NCBI GenBank assembly: GCA_964576535.1 | Contig: CAZNWB010000002.1 | Location: forward strand, 28,470-92,469 | Reading direction: 5' to 3' | Source: an uncultured bacterium | GTDB lineage: Bacteria > Methylomirabilota > Methylomirabilia > Methylomirabilales > 2-02-FULL-66-22 | DNA length: 64,000 bases | In this document: positions 9,005 through 18,607 of the stretch, piece by piece | Layout of the letters: every line of letters begins with the position of its first letter | Position numbering within the stretch: the first letter of the stretch is position 1 | Made by a program: the position numbers and the translations under genes | The notes under the pieces: generated by a model | Databases searched by the model: none | Seen by the model: only the letters and a program-made list of their open reading frames with translations | Told to the model about the DNA's origin: nothing

Positions 9005-10852
9005 ATGACAGATATCCTGGGCATCTCCGCTTTCTATCACGATAGCGCGGCGTGCTTGGTGCAAGATGGAGAGATCGTCGCGGCGGCGCAGGAAGAAAGG
9101 TTCACCCGCAAGAAGCACTATGCCGGATTCCCGAGCCAGTCGATACGCTACTGTCTCCGCGAAGGGGGTGTCTCACTGGAAGACCTGCGCTACATCGCGT
9201 TTTATGACAAGCCTTTGGTGAAGTTCGAACGACTACTGGAGACATATCTTGCTTTTGCTCCGCGAGGGATCCGATCGTTCGTGACGGCCATGCCGATCTG
9301 GCTCAAGGAGAAGCTGTTCCTAAAGAGGCTGCTGCAAACAGAACTCTTGGCGCTGACCGATGGTTTGAAGAAGGCGGCACTACCCCCGTTACTATTCGGC
9401 GAGCATCACGAATCCCACGCCGCGTCCGCCTTCTATCCCTCTCCGTTCGATACGGCCGCGGTCCTGTGTATGGACGGCGTAGGTGAATGGGCCACGACGT
9501 CCGCGTGGCTCGGCCGAGGGAAGGAACTCACACCGCTCTGGGAGATACCATTTCCGCACTCGCTGGGTCTCCTGTACGCGGCGTTTACCTACTACGCAGG
9601 CTTCAAGATCAATTCCGGGGAGTACAAGGTGATGGGCCTGGCTCCCTACGGCCAACCGAAATACGTCAAGAACATCTACGATCATCTCATCGACCTGAAG
9701 CCGGACGGAACGTTTCGACTCAACATGGAGTACTTCGATTACTGCACGGGACTGACCATGACCAGCCGAAAGTTCGACGCACTGTTCGGCGGTCCGCCCC
9801 GAGAGGCCGAAACGCTGCTGACGCAGCGAGAGATGGATTTGGCGCGGTCTATCCAGGACGTCACCGAAGAGGTAATGTTGCGCCTATCCAGGACGATACA
9901 CCTGGAAACCGGTGCAGAGAATCTTTGCCTTGCGGGCGGTGTCGCTCTGAACTGCGTAGGGAACGGACGAATCCTAAGGGAAGGCCCGTACAAGGGCCTG
10001 TGGATTCAGCCGGCCGCCGGTGATGCCGGGGGAGCAGTCGGTGTCGCCTTGGCTGCGTGGCACCGGTTAGAGGGACGGCCTCGAGAGACGAACGGCCACG
10101 GCGATGCGATGCGGGGAAGTTCCCTAGGACCGTCCTTCTCCAATGAAGAGATCGAGCGATTTTTGAACAAACAGGGGGCTCCTTACGTCCGGCTCGATGA
10201 CAGTGCGCTGTTTGATCGGGTCGCCGAGGAGCTCGCATCTGGAAAGATCGTCGGCTGGTTCCAGGGCCGAATGGAGTTCGGGCCCCGAGCGCTCGGAGGA
10301 CGCAGCATTCTCGGGGACGCGCGGAATCCCACCATGCAATCGGTGATGAATCTCAAGATCAAGTACCGGGAATCATTCCGACCGTTCGCGCCCTCGGTGC
10401 TGCGGGAGCGAGTCGCCGATTACTTCGAGATGAACACCGACAGCCCCTACATGCTGCTGGTCGCCCCCGTACTCGAGAAGCGTCGCACGGAGATGACCTC
10501 GGAGCAGGAGGCCTTATGGGGAATCGACCTCTTGAACGTGCCGCGCTCGGATATCCCTGCGGTGACCCATATCGATTACTCGGCCCGCATCCAGACGGTC
10601 CACGAGACCACGCATCGGCGATACTACGCGCTCTTGAAGGCGTTCGAAGCGAAGACCGGGTGCGGCGTCATCGTGAACACGTCGTTCAATGTCCGCGGGG
10701 AGCCGATCGTCTGCACTCCGGCCGATGCCTACCGCTGCTTCATGCGTACCGAGATCGATCTGCTCGTACTCGAGAACTGCGTGCTCGAGAAGGCGAAGCA
10801 GAAGCCTCTGGTCAACGACACAGACTGGAGAAAAGAATTCGAGTTGGACTGA
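9005..10852 (+). CDS. Carbamoyltransferase, NodU/CmcH family
   Basis: 'ILGISAFYHDSAACLVQDGEIVAAAQEERFTRKKH' (N-terminal ASKHA-like domain) and 'VNTSFNVRGEPIVCTPADAYRCF' (C-terminal YrdC-like domain). ATG at 9005 is preferred over the upstream ORF start at 8969. Confidence 0.9.
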   Translation: MTDILGISAFYHDSAACLVQDGEIVAAAQEERFTRKKHYAGFPSQSIRYCLREGGVSLEDLRYIAFYDKPLVKFERLLETYLAFAPRGIRSFVTAMPIWLKEKLFLKRLLQTELLALTDGLKKAALPPLLFGEHHESHAASAFYPSPFDTAAVLCMDGVGEWATTSAWLGRGKELTPLWEIPFPHSLGLLYAAFTYYAGFKINSGEYKVMGLAPYGQPKYVKNIYDHLIDLKPDGTFRLNMEYFDYCTGLTMTSRKFDALFGGPPREAETLLTQREMDLARSIQDVTEEVMLRLSRTIHLETGAENLCLAGGVALNCVGNGRILREGPYKGLWIQPAAGDAGGAVGVALAAWHRLEGRPRETNGHGDAMRGSSLGPSFSNEEIERFLNKQGAPYVRLDDSALFDRVAEELASGKIVGWFQGRMEFGPRALGGRSILGDARNPTMQSVMNLKIKYRESFRPFAPSVLRERVADYFEMNTDSPYMLLVAPVLEKRRTEMTSEQEALWGIDLLNVPRSDIPAVTHIDYSARIQTVHETTHRRYYALLKAFEAKTGCGVIVNTSFNVRGEPIVCTPADAYRCFMRTEIDLLVLENCVLEKAKQKPLVNDTDWRKEFELD

Positions 10853-10867
10853 ACGAAGGAGAGGTCA

Positions 10868-11266
10868 ATGATGACAGTCCAGGGTGATACGAAGCAGCTC
10901 CGCAACTTCGGCCTATTGGTCGGAGGGATCTTCAGCGCGATCGGATTGTGGCCCGCGATCATCCGAGGTGAGAATCCGCGACTATGGGCCTTGGCGCTTG
11001 GCGTCCTCCTGATTCTGCCGGCTCTGGTGCTGCCGAGGAGCCTGGGACCGGTGTATCGGATCTGGATGGCCCTGGGCAATGCCTTGAATTGGCTCAACAC
11101 GAGGATCATCCTCGGCGCAATCTTTTACGGACTCCTCACGCCGATGGGACTGACCATGCGCCGTTTGGGCCATGATCCGATGCGCCGCAGATTTGAGCCA
11201 AGCCTGGACACGTATCGCGTCGTGCGGCGTCCGCGCCCGGGTACTCACATGACGCGACAGTTTTGA
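10868..11266 (+). CDS. SxtJ-family small membrane protein
   Basis: 132 aa with about three hydrophobic helices. 'KQLRNFGLLVGGIFSAIG...' and 'TRIILGAIFYGLLTPMGLTMRRLGHDPM' fit my recollection of SxtJ-like proteins, which follow carbamoyltransferases. Confidence 0.6.
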   Translation: MMTVQGDTKQLRNFGLLVGGIFSAIGLWPAIIRGENPRLWALALGVLLILPALVLPRSLGPVYRIWMALGNALNWLNTRIILGAIFYGLLTPMGLTMRRLGHDPMRRRFEPSLDTYRVVRRPRPGTHMTRQF

Positions 11267-11287
11267 CGGTACGGAGGAGGAATTCAT

Positions 11288-11440
11288 ATGGGTGAGTTCG
11301 TCGTGGAGCTCTGGGCATTCATGAGGGAGCGGAAGAAGTTCTGGCTTCTCCCGCTCGTCATCGTTCTTCTGCTATTTGGCAGCTTGATCGTGCTCACCCA
11401 GGGATCGGCGGTGGCGCCGTTCATCTACACCCTGTTCTGA
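11288..11440 (+). CDS. DUF5989 / SxtK-like 50-aa membrane peptide (below the ORF-track length cutoff)
   Basis: ATG 11288 to TGA 11438-11440 gives 'MGEFVVELWAFMRERKKFWLLPLVIVLLLFGSLIVLTQGSAVAPFIYTLF'. The 'RKKFWL...APFIYTLF' pattern is what I recall for DUF5989. A GGAGG lies 8 nt upstream. Confidence 0.6.
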   Translation: MGEFVVELWAFMRERKKFWLLPLVIVLLLFGSLIVLTQGSAVAPFIYTLF

Positions 11441-11462
11441 TCGAGCCGGTGAGGATGCCGTC

Positions 11463-12563
11463 GTGAGGGCGCTCCGGAAAACGAAGAGGGTGGAGCCCAA
11501 GGAAGCCCGGCTGGTACTGGAAGACGGCGCACTGTTCGCCGGTCGGATGTTCGGGTTCCCGACCGGGGTCGCCGGCGAGGTCGTCTTCAATACCGGCATG
11601 GTGGGCTATCCCGAGACGCTGACAGACCCATCCTACCGCGGCCAGATTCTGGTACTGACGTATCCCATTGTCGGCAACTACGGGGTCCCCGAGCGTCGTC
11701 TGACGCAGGGACTCGACGAGACATTCGAGTCGGGAGAGATCCAGGTCGCCGGACTTGTCGTCGCCGAGGCGACGGAGGAGTACAGCCACTGGAGTGCTGC
11801 GAAAAGCCTGGGGCGGTGGCTCCAGGAGCAGGGAGTCCCAGGGCTTTCGGGCGTCGATACGCGTGCGCTGACCAAGCGACTCCGGGAGCGCGGCGTGATG
11901 CTCGGCAAGATCGTGAGCGCCGGCGAAGACGTCGAACTCCGAGACCCCAACCAGGACAACCTCGTCTCGCTCGTTAGCACCAAGGATCCAGTGGTCTACG
12001 AGAACGGCTCCACGCGGGTGGTGGTGATCGACTGTGGCTGCAAGAACAGCATCATCCGGAGCCTCTTGCTCCGCGGCGTCACGGTAATCCGCGTCCCCTG
12101 GGACTACGACTTCATGAACGAGACCTTCCACGGGGTGGTGATCTCCAACGGACCCGGAGACCCGAAGATCTGTGTCGAGACCATCGAGCACGTGCGGCGT
12201 GTGATGGAGCGAAAGTGCCCCATCCTCGGCATCTGCCTCGGTCATCAGATTCTGGCGCTCGCCGCTGGCGCAGACACCTACAAACTCAAGTTCGGACACC
12301 GCAGTCAGAACCAGCCGTGCACCTTGGTCGGTACCTCACGCTGCTACATCACGTCCCAAAACCACGGCTATGCCGTGGACGAGCGGACCTTGCCTGCCGG
12401 CTGGACGGCTTGGTTCCAGAATCTCAACGACGGCACGAACGAAGGCATCCGGCACCGGGAGCACCCGTTCATGAGCGTCCAATTCCATCCCGAAGCGGCG
12501 CCGGGGCCGCTCGACACCAACTTTCTGTTCGACGAGTTCATCGCCACCCTCCATGGACGCTAG
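11463..12563 (+). CDS. carA: Carbamoyl-phosphate synthase small (glutaminase) subunit
   Basis: 'GEVVFNTGMVGYPETLTDPSYRGQILVLTYPIVGNYGV' and the catalytic 'ILGICLGHQILALAAGA'; 'FHPEAAPGP'. Confidence 0.92.
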   Translation: MRALRKTKRVEPKEARLVLEDGALFAGRMFGFPTGVAGEVVFNTGMVGYPETLTDPSYRGQILVLTYPIVGNYGVPERRLTQGLDETFESGEIQVAGLVVAEATEEYSHWSAAKSLGRWLQEQGVPGLSGVDTRALTKRLRERGVMLGKIVSAGEDVELRDPNQDNLVSLVSTKDPVVYENGSTRVVVIDCGCKNSIIRSLLLRGVTVIRVPWDYDFMNETFHGVVISNGPGDPKICVETIEHVRRVMERKCPILGICLGHQILALAAGADTYKLKFGHRSQNQPCTLVGTSRCYITSQNHGYAVDERTLPAGWTAWFQNLNDGTNEGIRHREHPFMSVQFHPEAAPGPLDTNFLFDEFIATLHGR

Positions 12564-15500
12564 CCCCCACAAGGTCCTGATCCTCGGCAGCGGCGCCTTG
12601 AAGATCGGCGAGGCGGGCGAGTTCGACTATTCGGGCAGCCAGGCCATCAAGGCGCTCAAGGAGGAACGGATCGCGACGGTGCTCGTGAACCCGAACATTG
12701 CCACGATTCAGACCTCCGACTACCTGGCGGACCAGGTGTACTTGCTTCCCGTGACCCCCCAGTTTGTGGAGCGCGTGATCGAGCGGGAGCGGCCGGACGG
12801 AATCATGCTGAGCTTCGGGGGACAGACGGCTCTCAATTGCGGTCTCGCCCTGGAGGCGAGTGGTGTGCTACGGCGCTGGGGGGTCAAGGTCCTAGGGACG
12901 CCCATACAGACGATACGTGAGACGGAGGATCGGAGCCTATTCGCCCGCAAGCTCATGGAGATCGACGTGAAGGTGCCGCGGAGCGCCGCCGCGACGTCGA
13001 TCGACGCGGCTGCCCGTGTCGCCGAGGAGATCGGCTTTCCGGTGATGCTTCGGGCGGCGTACGCGTTGGGTGGGCTGGGTTCGGGGGTGTGCGCGTCGCC
13101 CGCCGAGGTGCGCGACCGAGCCGCCAAAGCGCTGGCTCACAGCGACCAGGTGCTGATCGAGGAATTCCTCGGCGGATGGAAGGAAGTCGAGTACGAGGTG
13201 GTCCGAGACCGCTTCGACAACTGTATCACCGTGTGCAACATGGAAAACCTCGAACCCATGGGGATCCACACGGGTGAGAGCATCGTCGTCGCGCCCAGCC
13301 AGACGCTGACGAACGCCGAGTACCATGGGCTGCGCCAAATCGCCATCCTGGTGGTGCGGAGCCTGGGGATCGTCGGTGAGTGCAACATCCAGTTCGCGCT
13401 CGATCCGCGCTCGGGCGACTATCGCGTAATCGAGGTGAACGCCCGGCTGTCTCGCAGTTCGGCCCTGGCGTCGAAGGCAACCGGATATCCACTGGCGCTG
13501 ATCGCCGCCAAGCTTGCCCTGGGCTTCAGCCTGCCCGAGCTCCGGAACTCGATCACGGGCGCCACCACGGCATGCTTCGAGCCGGCGTTGGACTACATCG
13601 TAGTGAAGATGCCTCGCTGGGACCTGCAGAAATTTCGCCACGTGTCCCGACAGATCGGGTCCGGCATGAAATCCGTCGGCGAGGTGATGGCCATCGGGCG
13701 CAGCTTCGAGGAAGCACTGCAAAAGGCGGTCCGGATGCTCGAGATCGGCGCCGTCGGGCTGGTTGGGAACGGTCATCTCCGGCTCGGAGATCTCGAGCAG
13801 GAGTTGCGGGAGCCGACCCCCGACAGGATCTTTGCGATCGCCGAGGCGCTCGCCCGGGGCGTCGCGATCCAACGGATCCACGAGCTGTCCCGAATCGATA
13901 CGTGGTTCCTGCAGAAGATCGATCGCATCGTGCGAACGGGGACTCGGCTGCGGCAGGAATCGGCAAGGAACCCCCTGCCCCGCGCGTTGCTGGCCGAGGC
14001 CAAGCGGAGTGGCTTCGCCGACCGACAAATCGCTGAGCTGACCGGGGCGGTTGAGGCGAACGTGCGCAGACAGCGTGAGGCCTACGGCATCCATCCCCGG
14101 GTGAAGCAGATCGATACGCTGGCCGCCGAGTATCCGGCGAAGACGAACTACTTGTACCTGACCTACAACGCCGATGAGGACGACGTCGCGGCGAGAGACT
14201 CGAACACCGTCGTCGTGCTCGGCTCCGGAGCGTACTGCATCGGCAGCTCGGTGGAGTTCGACTGGTGCAGTGTCAACACCGTCCTGACACTGAGGAAGCT
14301 CGGCTACCGAGCGGTCATGATCAACTGTAACCCTGAGACCGTGAGCACCGACTACAACGAATGCGACGCGCTCTACTTTGAGGAGCTGAGCCTCGAGTCG
14401 GTGCTGGCGATCTGTCGGCGGGAAAACCCCGTCGGCGTGATCGTCTCGGTCGGCGGGCAGATCCCGAACCGGCTCGCGATCCCACTCGACGAAGCGGGCG
14501 TCAAGGTGCTCGGCACGTCGCCTCTCAGCATCGACACCGCCGAAGATCGCCACAAGTTCTCGGAGTTGCTCGATGACCTGAGCATCGCACAGCCGGAGTG
14601 GAAGGAAGTGGTGACGTCCGATGCGGCGATGCGCTTCGCGGACAAGGTCGGTTACCCAGTCCTCGTCCGACCGTCGTACGTTCTGAGCGGGGCTGCGATG
14701 GGGGTGGCAGCAAACGAGCGCGAACTGGTGACCTTCCTGCGGAAGGCGGCGGAGGTGTCCCCAAAGCATCCGGTCGTGATGAGCAAGTTCGTCGAGAACG
14801 CCAAAGAGCTCGACATGGACGCCGTGGCGTGCCGGGGCCGCGTCCTCGTATCCGCGATCGCTGAACACGTCGAGAATGCGGGAGTGCACTCGGGGGACGC
14901 AACACTGGTGCTTCCCCCTCAGCGGACTTACCTGGAAACCATGCGGCGAATCAAGAAGGTCACCGACCAGATCGCCGGGGCGCTCGAGCTGCACGGACCG
15001 TTCAATATCCAGTTCATCGCCAAGGGCAACGACGTCAAAGTGATCGAGTGCAACGTCAGGGCCTCACGCAGCATGCCCTTCGTGTCGAAGGTGCTCAAGG
15101 TGAACTTCATCGAATGGGCGACCGAGGTGATGATGGGGCGACGGGACGCCTCGAGCGGAGCCCGGAATGGGTCGATGCTCGACCTCGAGTACGTCGGAGT
15201 GAAGGCGCCGCAGTTCTCGTTCACTCGGCTTGACGGCGCCGACCCGACGCTGGGAGTCGAGATGACCTCCACTGGGGAAGTGGCGTGCCTCGGCGACGAC
15301 TTCGAGGAGGCGTTCCTCAAGGCACTCCTCGCCGTTGGGTACCGACTTCCTGTGCGGAACGTCCTGCTGTCGACTGGTCCGGTGCAAGCCAAGGCCGCCT
15401 TCCTCGACGGGAGCCGGCTGCTCCAGGACCTCGGCGTGACCCTCTACGCGACTCGAGGAACCGCCGAATTCCTCCGCGCAAACGGTATCGACAGTACCGT

Positions 15501-15792
15501 GCTCCACTGGCCCCTCGAGAACCAGCGCCCGAACGTCATGGACTATCTGGAGCAGAAGCGGATCGACCTTGTGATCAACATCCCGAAGAGCTCTCACGAG
15601 GACGAGTTGACCAACGACTATCTGATCCGGCGCCGGGCCGTGGACTTCGGAGTCCCCCTCATCACCGACCTTCACCTCGCCCAGAGATTCGTCGAGGCGC
15701 TTGCCCGGAAGACCGTGGACGATTTGCTCGTCAAGAGCTGGGCCGAGTATGGGATGGCGGCAACGACCGCCTCCGGTGGAAGAAGCGCATGA
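12553..15792 (+). CDS. carB: Carbamoyl-phosphate synthase large subunit
   Basis: 1079 aa. Duplicated ATP-grasp halves ('KVLILGSGALKIGEAGEFDYSGSQA' / 'VVVLGSGAYCIGSSVEFDWCSV'), an oligomerisation domain and a C-terminal MGS-like domain. It overlaps carA by 11 nt. Confidence 0.95.
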   Translation: MDASPHKVLILGSGALKIGEAGEFDYSGSQAIKALKEERIATVLVNPNIATIQTSDYLADQVYLLPVTPQFVERVIERERPDGIMLSFGGQTALNCGLALEASGVLRRWGVKVLGTPIQTIRETEDRSLFARKLMEIDVKVPRSAAATSIDAAARVAEEIGFPVMLRAAYALGGLGSGVCASPAEVRDRAAKALAHSDQVLIEEFLGGWKEVEYEVVRDRFDNCITVCNMENLEPMGIHTGESIVVAPSQTLTNAEYHGLRQIAILVVRSLGIVGECNIQFALDPRSGDYRVIEVNARLSRSSALASKATGYPLALIAAKLALGFSLPELRNSITGATTACFEPALDYIVVKMPRWDLQKFRHVSRQIGSGMKSVGEVMAIGRSFEEALQKAVRMLEIGAVGLVGNGHLRLGDLEQELREPTPDRIFAIAEALARGVAIQRIHELSRIDTWFLQKIDRIVRTGTRLRQESARNPLPRALLAEAKRSGFADRQIAELTGAVEANVRRQREAYGIHPRVKQIDTLAAEYPAKTNYLYLTYNADEDDVAARDSNTVVVLGSGAYCIGSSVEFDWCSVNTVLTLRKLGYRAVMINCNPETVSTDYNECDALYFEELSLESVLAICRRENPVGVIVSVGGQIPNRLAIPLDEAGVKVLGTSPLSIDTAEDRHKFSELLDDLSIAQPEWKEVVTSDAAMRFADKVGYPVLVRPSYVLSGAAMGVAANERELVTFLRKAAEVSPKHPVVMSKFVENAKELDMDAVACRGRVLVSAIAEHVENAGVHSGDATLVLPPQRTYLETMRRIKKVTDQIAGALELHGPFNIQFIAKGNDVKVIECNVRASRSMPFVSKVLKVNFIEWATEVMMGRRDASSGARNGSMLDLEYVGVKAPQFSFTRLDGADPTLGVEMTSTGEVACLGDDFEEAFLKALLAVGYRLPVRNVLLSTGPVQAKAAFLDGSRLLQDLGVTLYATRGTAEFLRANGIDSTVLHWPLENQRPNVMDYLEQKRIDLVINIPKSSHEDELTNDYLIRRRAVDFGVPLITDLHLAQRFVEALARKTVDDLLVKSWAEYGMAATTASGGRSA

Positions 15793-16949
15793 GGATTGCG
15801 TGTATCGTTGGGGCGCGTCCGAACTTCATGAAAGCCGCTCCGCTTATCCGCGAGATGCGGGCCTATCCCGAGCTCTCCCCGATCCTGATTCACACAGGTC
15901 AACACTACGATTTCGCCATGGCCGGGCAGTTCTTTCACGATCTCGGCCTGCCGACGCCGGACGTCTCACTCGAGGTGGGCTCGGGTTCGCACGCGCACCA
16001 GACGGCCGAGGTGATGAAGCGCCTTGAGCCCGTACTCCAGGCGCTGCGACCCGAGATGGTGGTCGTGGTCGGGGACGTGAATTCGACGATGGCCGCGGCG
16101 CTCACCGCCGTCAAGATGCACATCCCAGTGGCCCATGTTGAGGCGGGGCTCCGCAGCTTTGATCGGACAATGCCCGAGGAGATCAACCGGCTCGTCACCG
16201 ATGCCATTTCTGATTATCTGTTCGCCACCGAGGAGAGCGGACGCGAAAACCTGCTCCGGGAAGGCATCGATGCGAAGAAGATCCATCTGGTGGGTAACGT
16301 GATGATTGATTCGCTCGAGCAGTGCCGCCCTCTTTGGCAGCGGTCCACGGTTCATCAGCGCCTCGGGGTCAGTCCGGGAGAGTACGGCGTCGTTACGCTC
16401 CACCGTCCCTCCAACGTCGACGACAGCGCGACGCTGGAGGGACTGATGGCCGGGCTAGCGCAGGTCGGAACCCTGGTACCGCTGATCTTTCCGGTCCATC
16501 CGCGGACGCGAATGCGCCTGGAGAGCATGAACGGCAACGTGGCAGAGCTTCGAGCTGTGGCGGACGGGGTGGCCAGCGAGGGGATCCGTTTGACGGAGCC
16601 ACTGGGCTACCTGGACTTTCTGGCGCTGGTGGCCGGAGCCCGAATCGTCCTGACGGATTCCGGAGGACTCCAGGAAGAGACGACCGCCCTCGGTGTCCCA
16701 TGCCTGACGCTCCGAGAGCAGACGGAGCGGCCGATCACGGTCACATGCGGAACGAACCGCGTGGTGGGCACGGTGCCGCAGCGGATCATCGAGGAGGCGA
16801 GCCAGGTCCTGGAAGGACCACCGCGCACGGCGTCACGCCCGTTCTTGTGGGATGGCAAGGCCTCGCAGCGCATCGTCGCGATTCTACGCGAGGAATGCGG
16901 CGGCCGAGGACCCGCATACGCAGAGCGTCACCGATGTGCGTCCGGATGA
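15789..16949 (+). CDS. wecB: UDP-N-acetylglucosamine 2-epimerase (non-hydrolysing)
   Basis: 'MRIACIVGARPNFMKAAPL', 'HTGQHYD', 'VVVVGDVNSTMAAALTA' and 'HVEAGLRSFDRTMPEEINR'. The ATG overlaps the carB stop (ATGA). The ORF-track start at 15285 is an artefactual extension inside carB. Confidence 0.9.
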   Translation: MRIACIVGARPNFMKAAPLIREMRAYPELSPILIHTGQHYDFAMAGQFFHDLGLPTPDVSLEVGSGSHAHQTAEVMKRLEPVLQALRPEMVVVVGDVNSTMAAALTAVKMHIPVAHVEAGLRSFDRTMPEEINRLVTDAISDYLFATEESGRENLLREGIDAKKIHLVGNVMIDSLEQCRPLWQRSTVHQRLGVSPGEYGVVTLHRPSNVDDSATLEGLMAGLAQVGTLVPLIFPVHPRTRMRLESMNGNVAELRAVADGVASEGIRLTEPLGYLDFLALVAGARIVLTDSGGLQEETTALGVPCLTLREQTERPITVTCGTNRVVGTVPQRIIEEASQVLEGPPRTASRPFLWDGKASQRIVAILREECGGRGPAYAERHRCASG

Positions 16950-16965
16950 CCAGGAGCTGCGCGAA

Positions 16966-17562
16966 ATGAATTCGGGGCTCTGGCAGAGCGTGGCGCGGCG
17001 GCTCACGCGCGCTCACGAGCGGCGGCGAATGCAACTGGCCGCCCGTCGCCCCGCCGAGCTGGCTGCTCGGGTCGCGCGGGCGCAAACGATCCTCTTCGTC
17101 TGTCTTGGAAACATCATCCGTAGCGCCTTCGCGGCAGAGCTCCTGCGCGCACACAGCCTTGGACGGCCGGATCTCCAGATCCATTCCGCCGGACTCCACA
17201 CCACACCGGATCGCCCGGCCGACCCGACCGCGGTGCAATGCGCACGGCGGTTCGGGGTAGACCTGAGCGCGCATCGCACGCGTCGTCTCGACCGGAGCGA
17301 CATCGAGGAAGCCGACGTCCTTCTCGCGATGGAAATCGACCACGTCCTGGAGATTGGCCGGCTCTTTCCGGAGTACCGGCACAAGGTCTATCTCTTCGGC
17401 TGTCTCACGGATGAGGATCCGCTGGACGTGGCCGATCCCGTGTACGCATCGAATGAAGTGTTCGAGGCGTGCTTTGGGCGGATCGACAGAGGAGTGCGAC
17501 GCATCGTCGAGATGCTGCCCTCGGCCACTCGAGCGCCGGCGCCGCCCAGCGAGGTCGGATAG
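16966..17562 (+). CDS. Low-molecular-weight protein-tyrosine phosphatase
   Basis: P-loop 'LFVCLGNIIRSAFAAE' (CX5R-S) and a 'DVADPVY' Asp loop. The start could also lie at a later in-frame Met. Confidence 0.8.
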   Translation: MNSGLWQSVARRLTRAHERRRMQLAARRPAELAARVARAQTILFVCLGNIIRSAFAAELLRAHSLGRPDLQIHSAGLHTTPDRPADPTAVQCARRFGVDLSAHRTRRLDRSDIEEADVLLAMEIDHVLEIGRLFPEYRHKVYLFGCLTDEDPLDVADPVYASNEVFEACFGRIDRGVRRIVEMLPSATRAPAPPSEVG

Positions 17563-18605
17563 TGGGAACAAGGATCCGGCCGGCTGTCGGATCGCTACTC
17601 CTCGTGGCGGTGTCGATTGGCGTCTCTCTAGCGCTGGCCGAGGTGGGGCTCAGGCTGCTGGGGCACCACGGTGAGCCGATCTCGAGGATCAGCAACAGCT
17701 ACCTCGTCGACGACCCAGTCCTCGATTGGCGCTACGTGCCCAATTCAGAAGTCCAAAGCGCGCGGGCAGTGTATCGGTACAACAGTGCGGGATTCCGGGA
17801 CACGGATCACGCGCTTCGGAAGCCCGCCGGCATCCAGCGACTCGTCGTGCTCGGCGATTCGGTCACGGAGGGCTACGGGGTCGAGTGGACGGACGTCTTT
17901 GCCCGCGTTCTTCAGTCAAGGCTGGGCGACCGGTACGAGGTGATCAACATCGCCCAAGGGGGTCTCAACACCCCTCAGGAGATTCATCTCTTCGAACGTG
18001 TTGGGTCGAGGTATAGTCCCGACCTGGTTGTCTTGAACTTCGTGCTGAACGACGTGGACTTCTACACGCAATTTCATCCCGCGCAGCGCGCCGGGGAACA
18101 GGCCGACTCGCGCATCGCAATGCTCAACCTCCCGATCTCTCCCCACGTTAAGCGGCTCCTGAAGTCATCTGCGCTGATCTACTTCCTGAATGATCGGGTT
18201 CTGAGCCTTAAAGAGACCCTGGTCGGCATCGATGGCAGTGGAGACTATTACGAGCGAATATGGGCGAGCGAGAAGAACCCCCGGAAGGTGACGGACGGAT
18301 TCTCGAGGCTGGCGGAGCTGCAGAGGAAGGATCACTTCGGGGTGGTGGTGATGATCTGGCCCCTCGTTACGGACTACCGAAGCTATCGGTTCGGGTGGAT
18401 CCACGCGTGGGTGGCGCGCGAGGCGACGAAGGTCGGCTTCACCGTGATCGATCTGCTTCCGCAACTTTCGAGCGTGCCGTACCACAAGCTTCAGGTGTCG
18501 GCGGAGGACACTGTCCATCCGAACGCGCTTGGGCACCGGCTGGGCGCGGAAGCGTTCCTGGCATGGTATCGATCGCCGGGCCGCCTCGAGGCTCGGGAGC
18601 GCTGA
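17562..18605 (+). CDS. Membrane-anchored SGNH/GDSL hydrolase-type protein
   Basis: GTG overlaps the preceding TAG. Hydrophobic N-terminus 'LLLVAVSIGVSLALAEVGLRLLG'. 'LVVLGDSVTEGYGV', 'AQGGLNT' and 'EDTVHPNALGHRL'. Confidence 0.7.
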   Translation: MGTRIRPAVGSLLLVAVSIGVSLALAEVGLRLLGHHGEPISRISNSYLVDDPVLDWRYVPNSEVQSARAVYRYNSAGFRDTDHALRKPAGIQRLVVLGDSVTEGYGVEWTDVFARVLQSRLGDRYEVINIAQGGLNTPQEIHLFERVGSRYSPDLVVLNFVLNDVDFYTQFHPAQRAGEQADSRIAMLNLPISPHVKRLLKSSALIYFLNDRVLSLKETLVGIDGSGDYYERIWASEKNPRKVTDGFSRLAELQRKDHFGVVVMIWPLVTDYRSYRFGWIHAWVAREATKVGFTVIDLLPQLSSVPYHKLQVSAEDTVHPNALGHRLGAEAFLAWYRSPGRLEARER

Positions 18606-18607
18606 CC

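Noticed and set aside
12937-14994. 685-aa ORF on the minus strand, the second longest ORF in the track
   Set aside because: It lies entirely antisense to carB, whose identity is unambiguous. The product is Arg/Pro/Gly/His-rich and low in complexity with no motifs. This is a typical shadow ORF of high-GC DNA.
15285-15788. Long N-terminal extension of the wecB ORF (track start 15285). Similar extensions occur at 18260, 20085, 23120, 33720, 55160 and 57858.
   Set aside because: The extensions overlap the preceding, well-supported genes in another frame and are Arg/Pro-rich. Conserved family N-termini (MRIACIVGARPN, MCGIAG and others) begin at internal start codons, often with stop/start overlap or an RBS.
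11463-15792. carAB dismissed as ordinary housekeeping genes that merely happen to lie here
   Set aside because: This was not fully rejected. The sequences look like standard carAB, but the 22-nt spacing after the carbamoyltransferase triad and the ATGA coupling to wecB argue against a chance neighbour. It is therefore reported as a finding, with the single-copy alternative stated.
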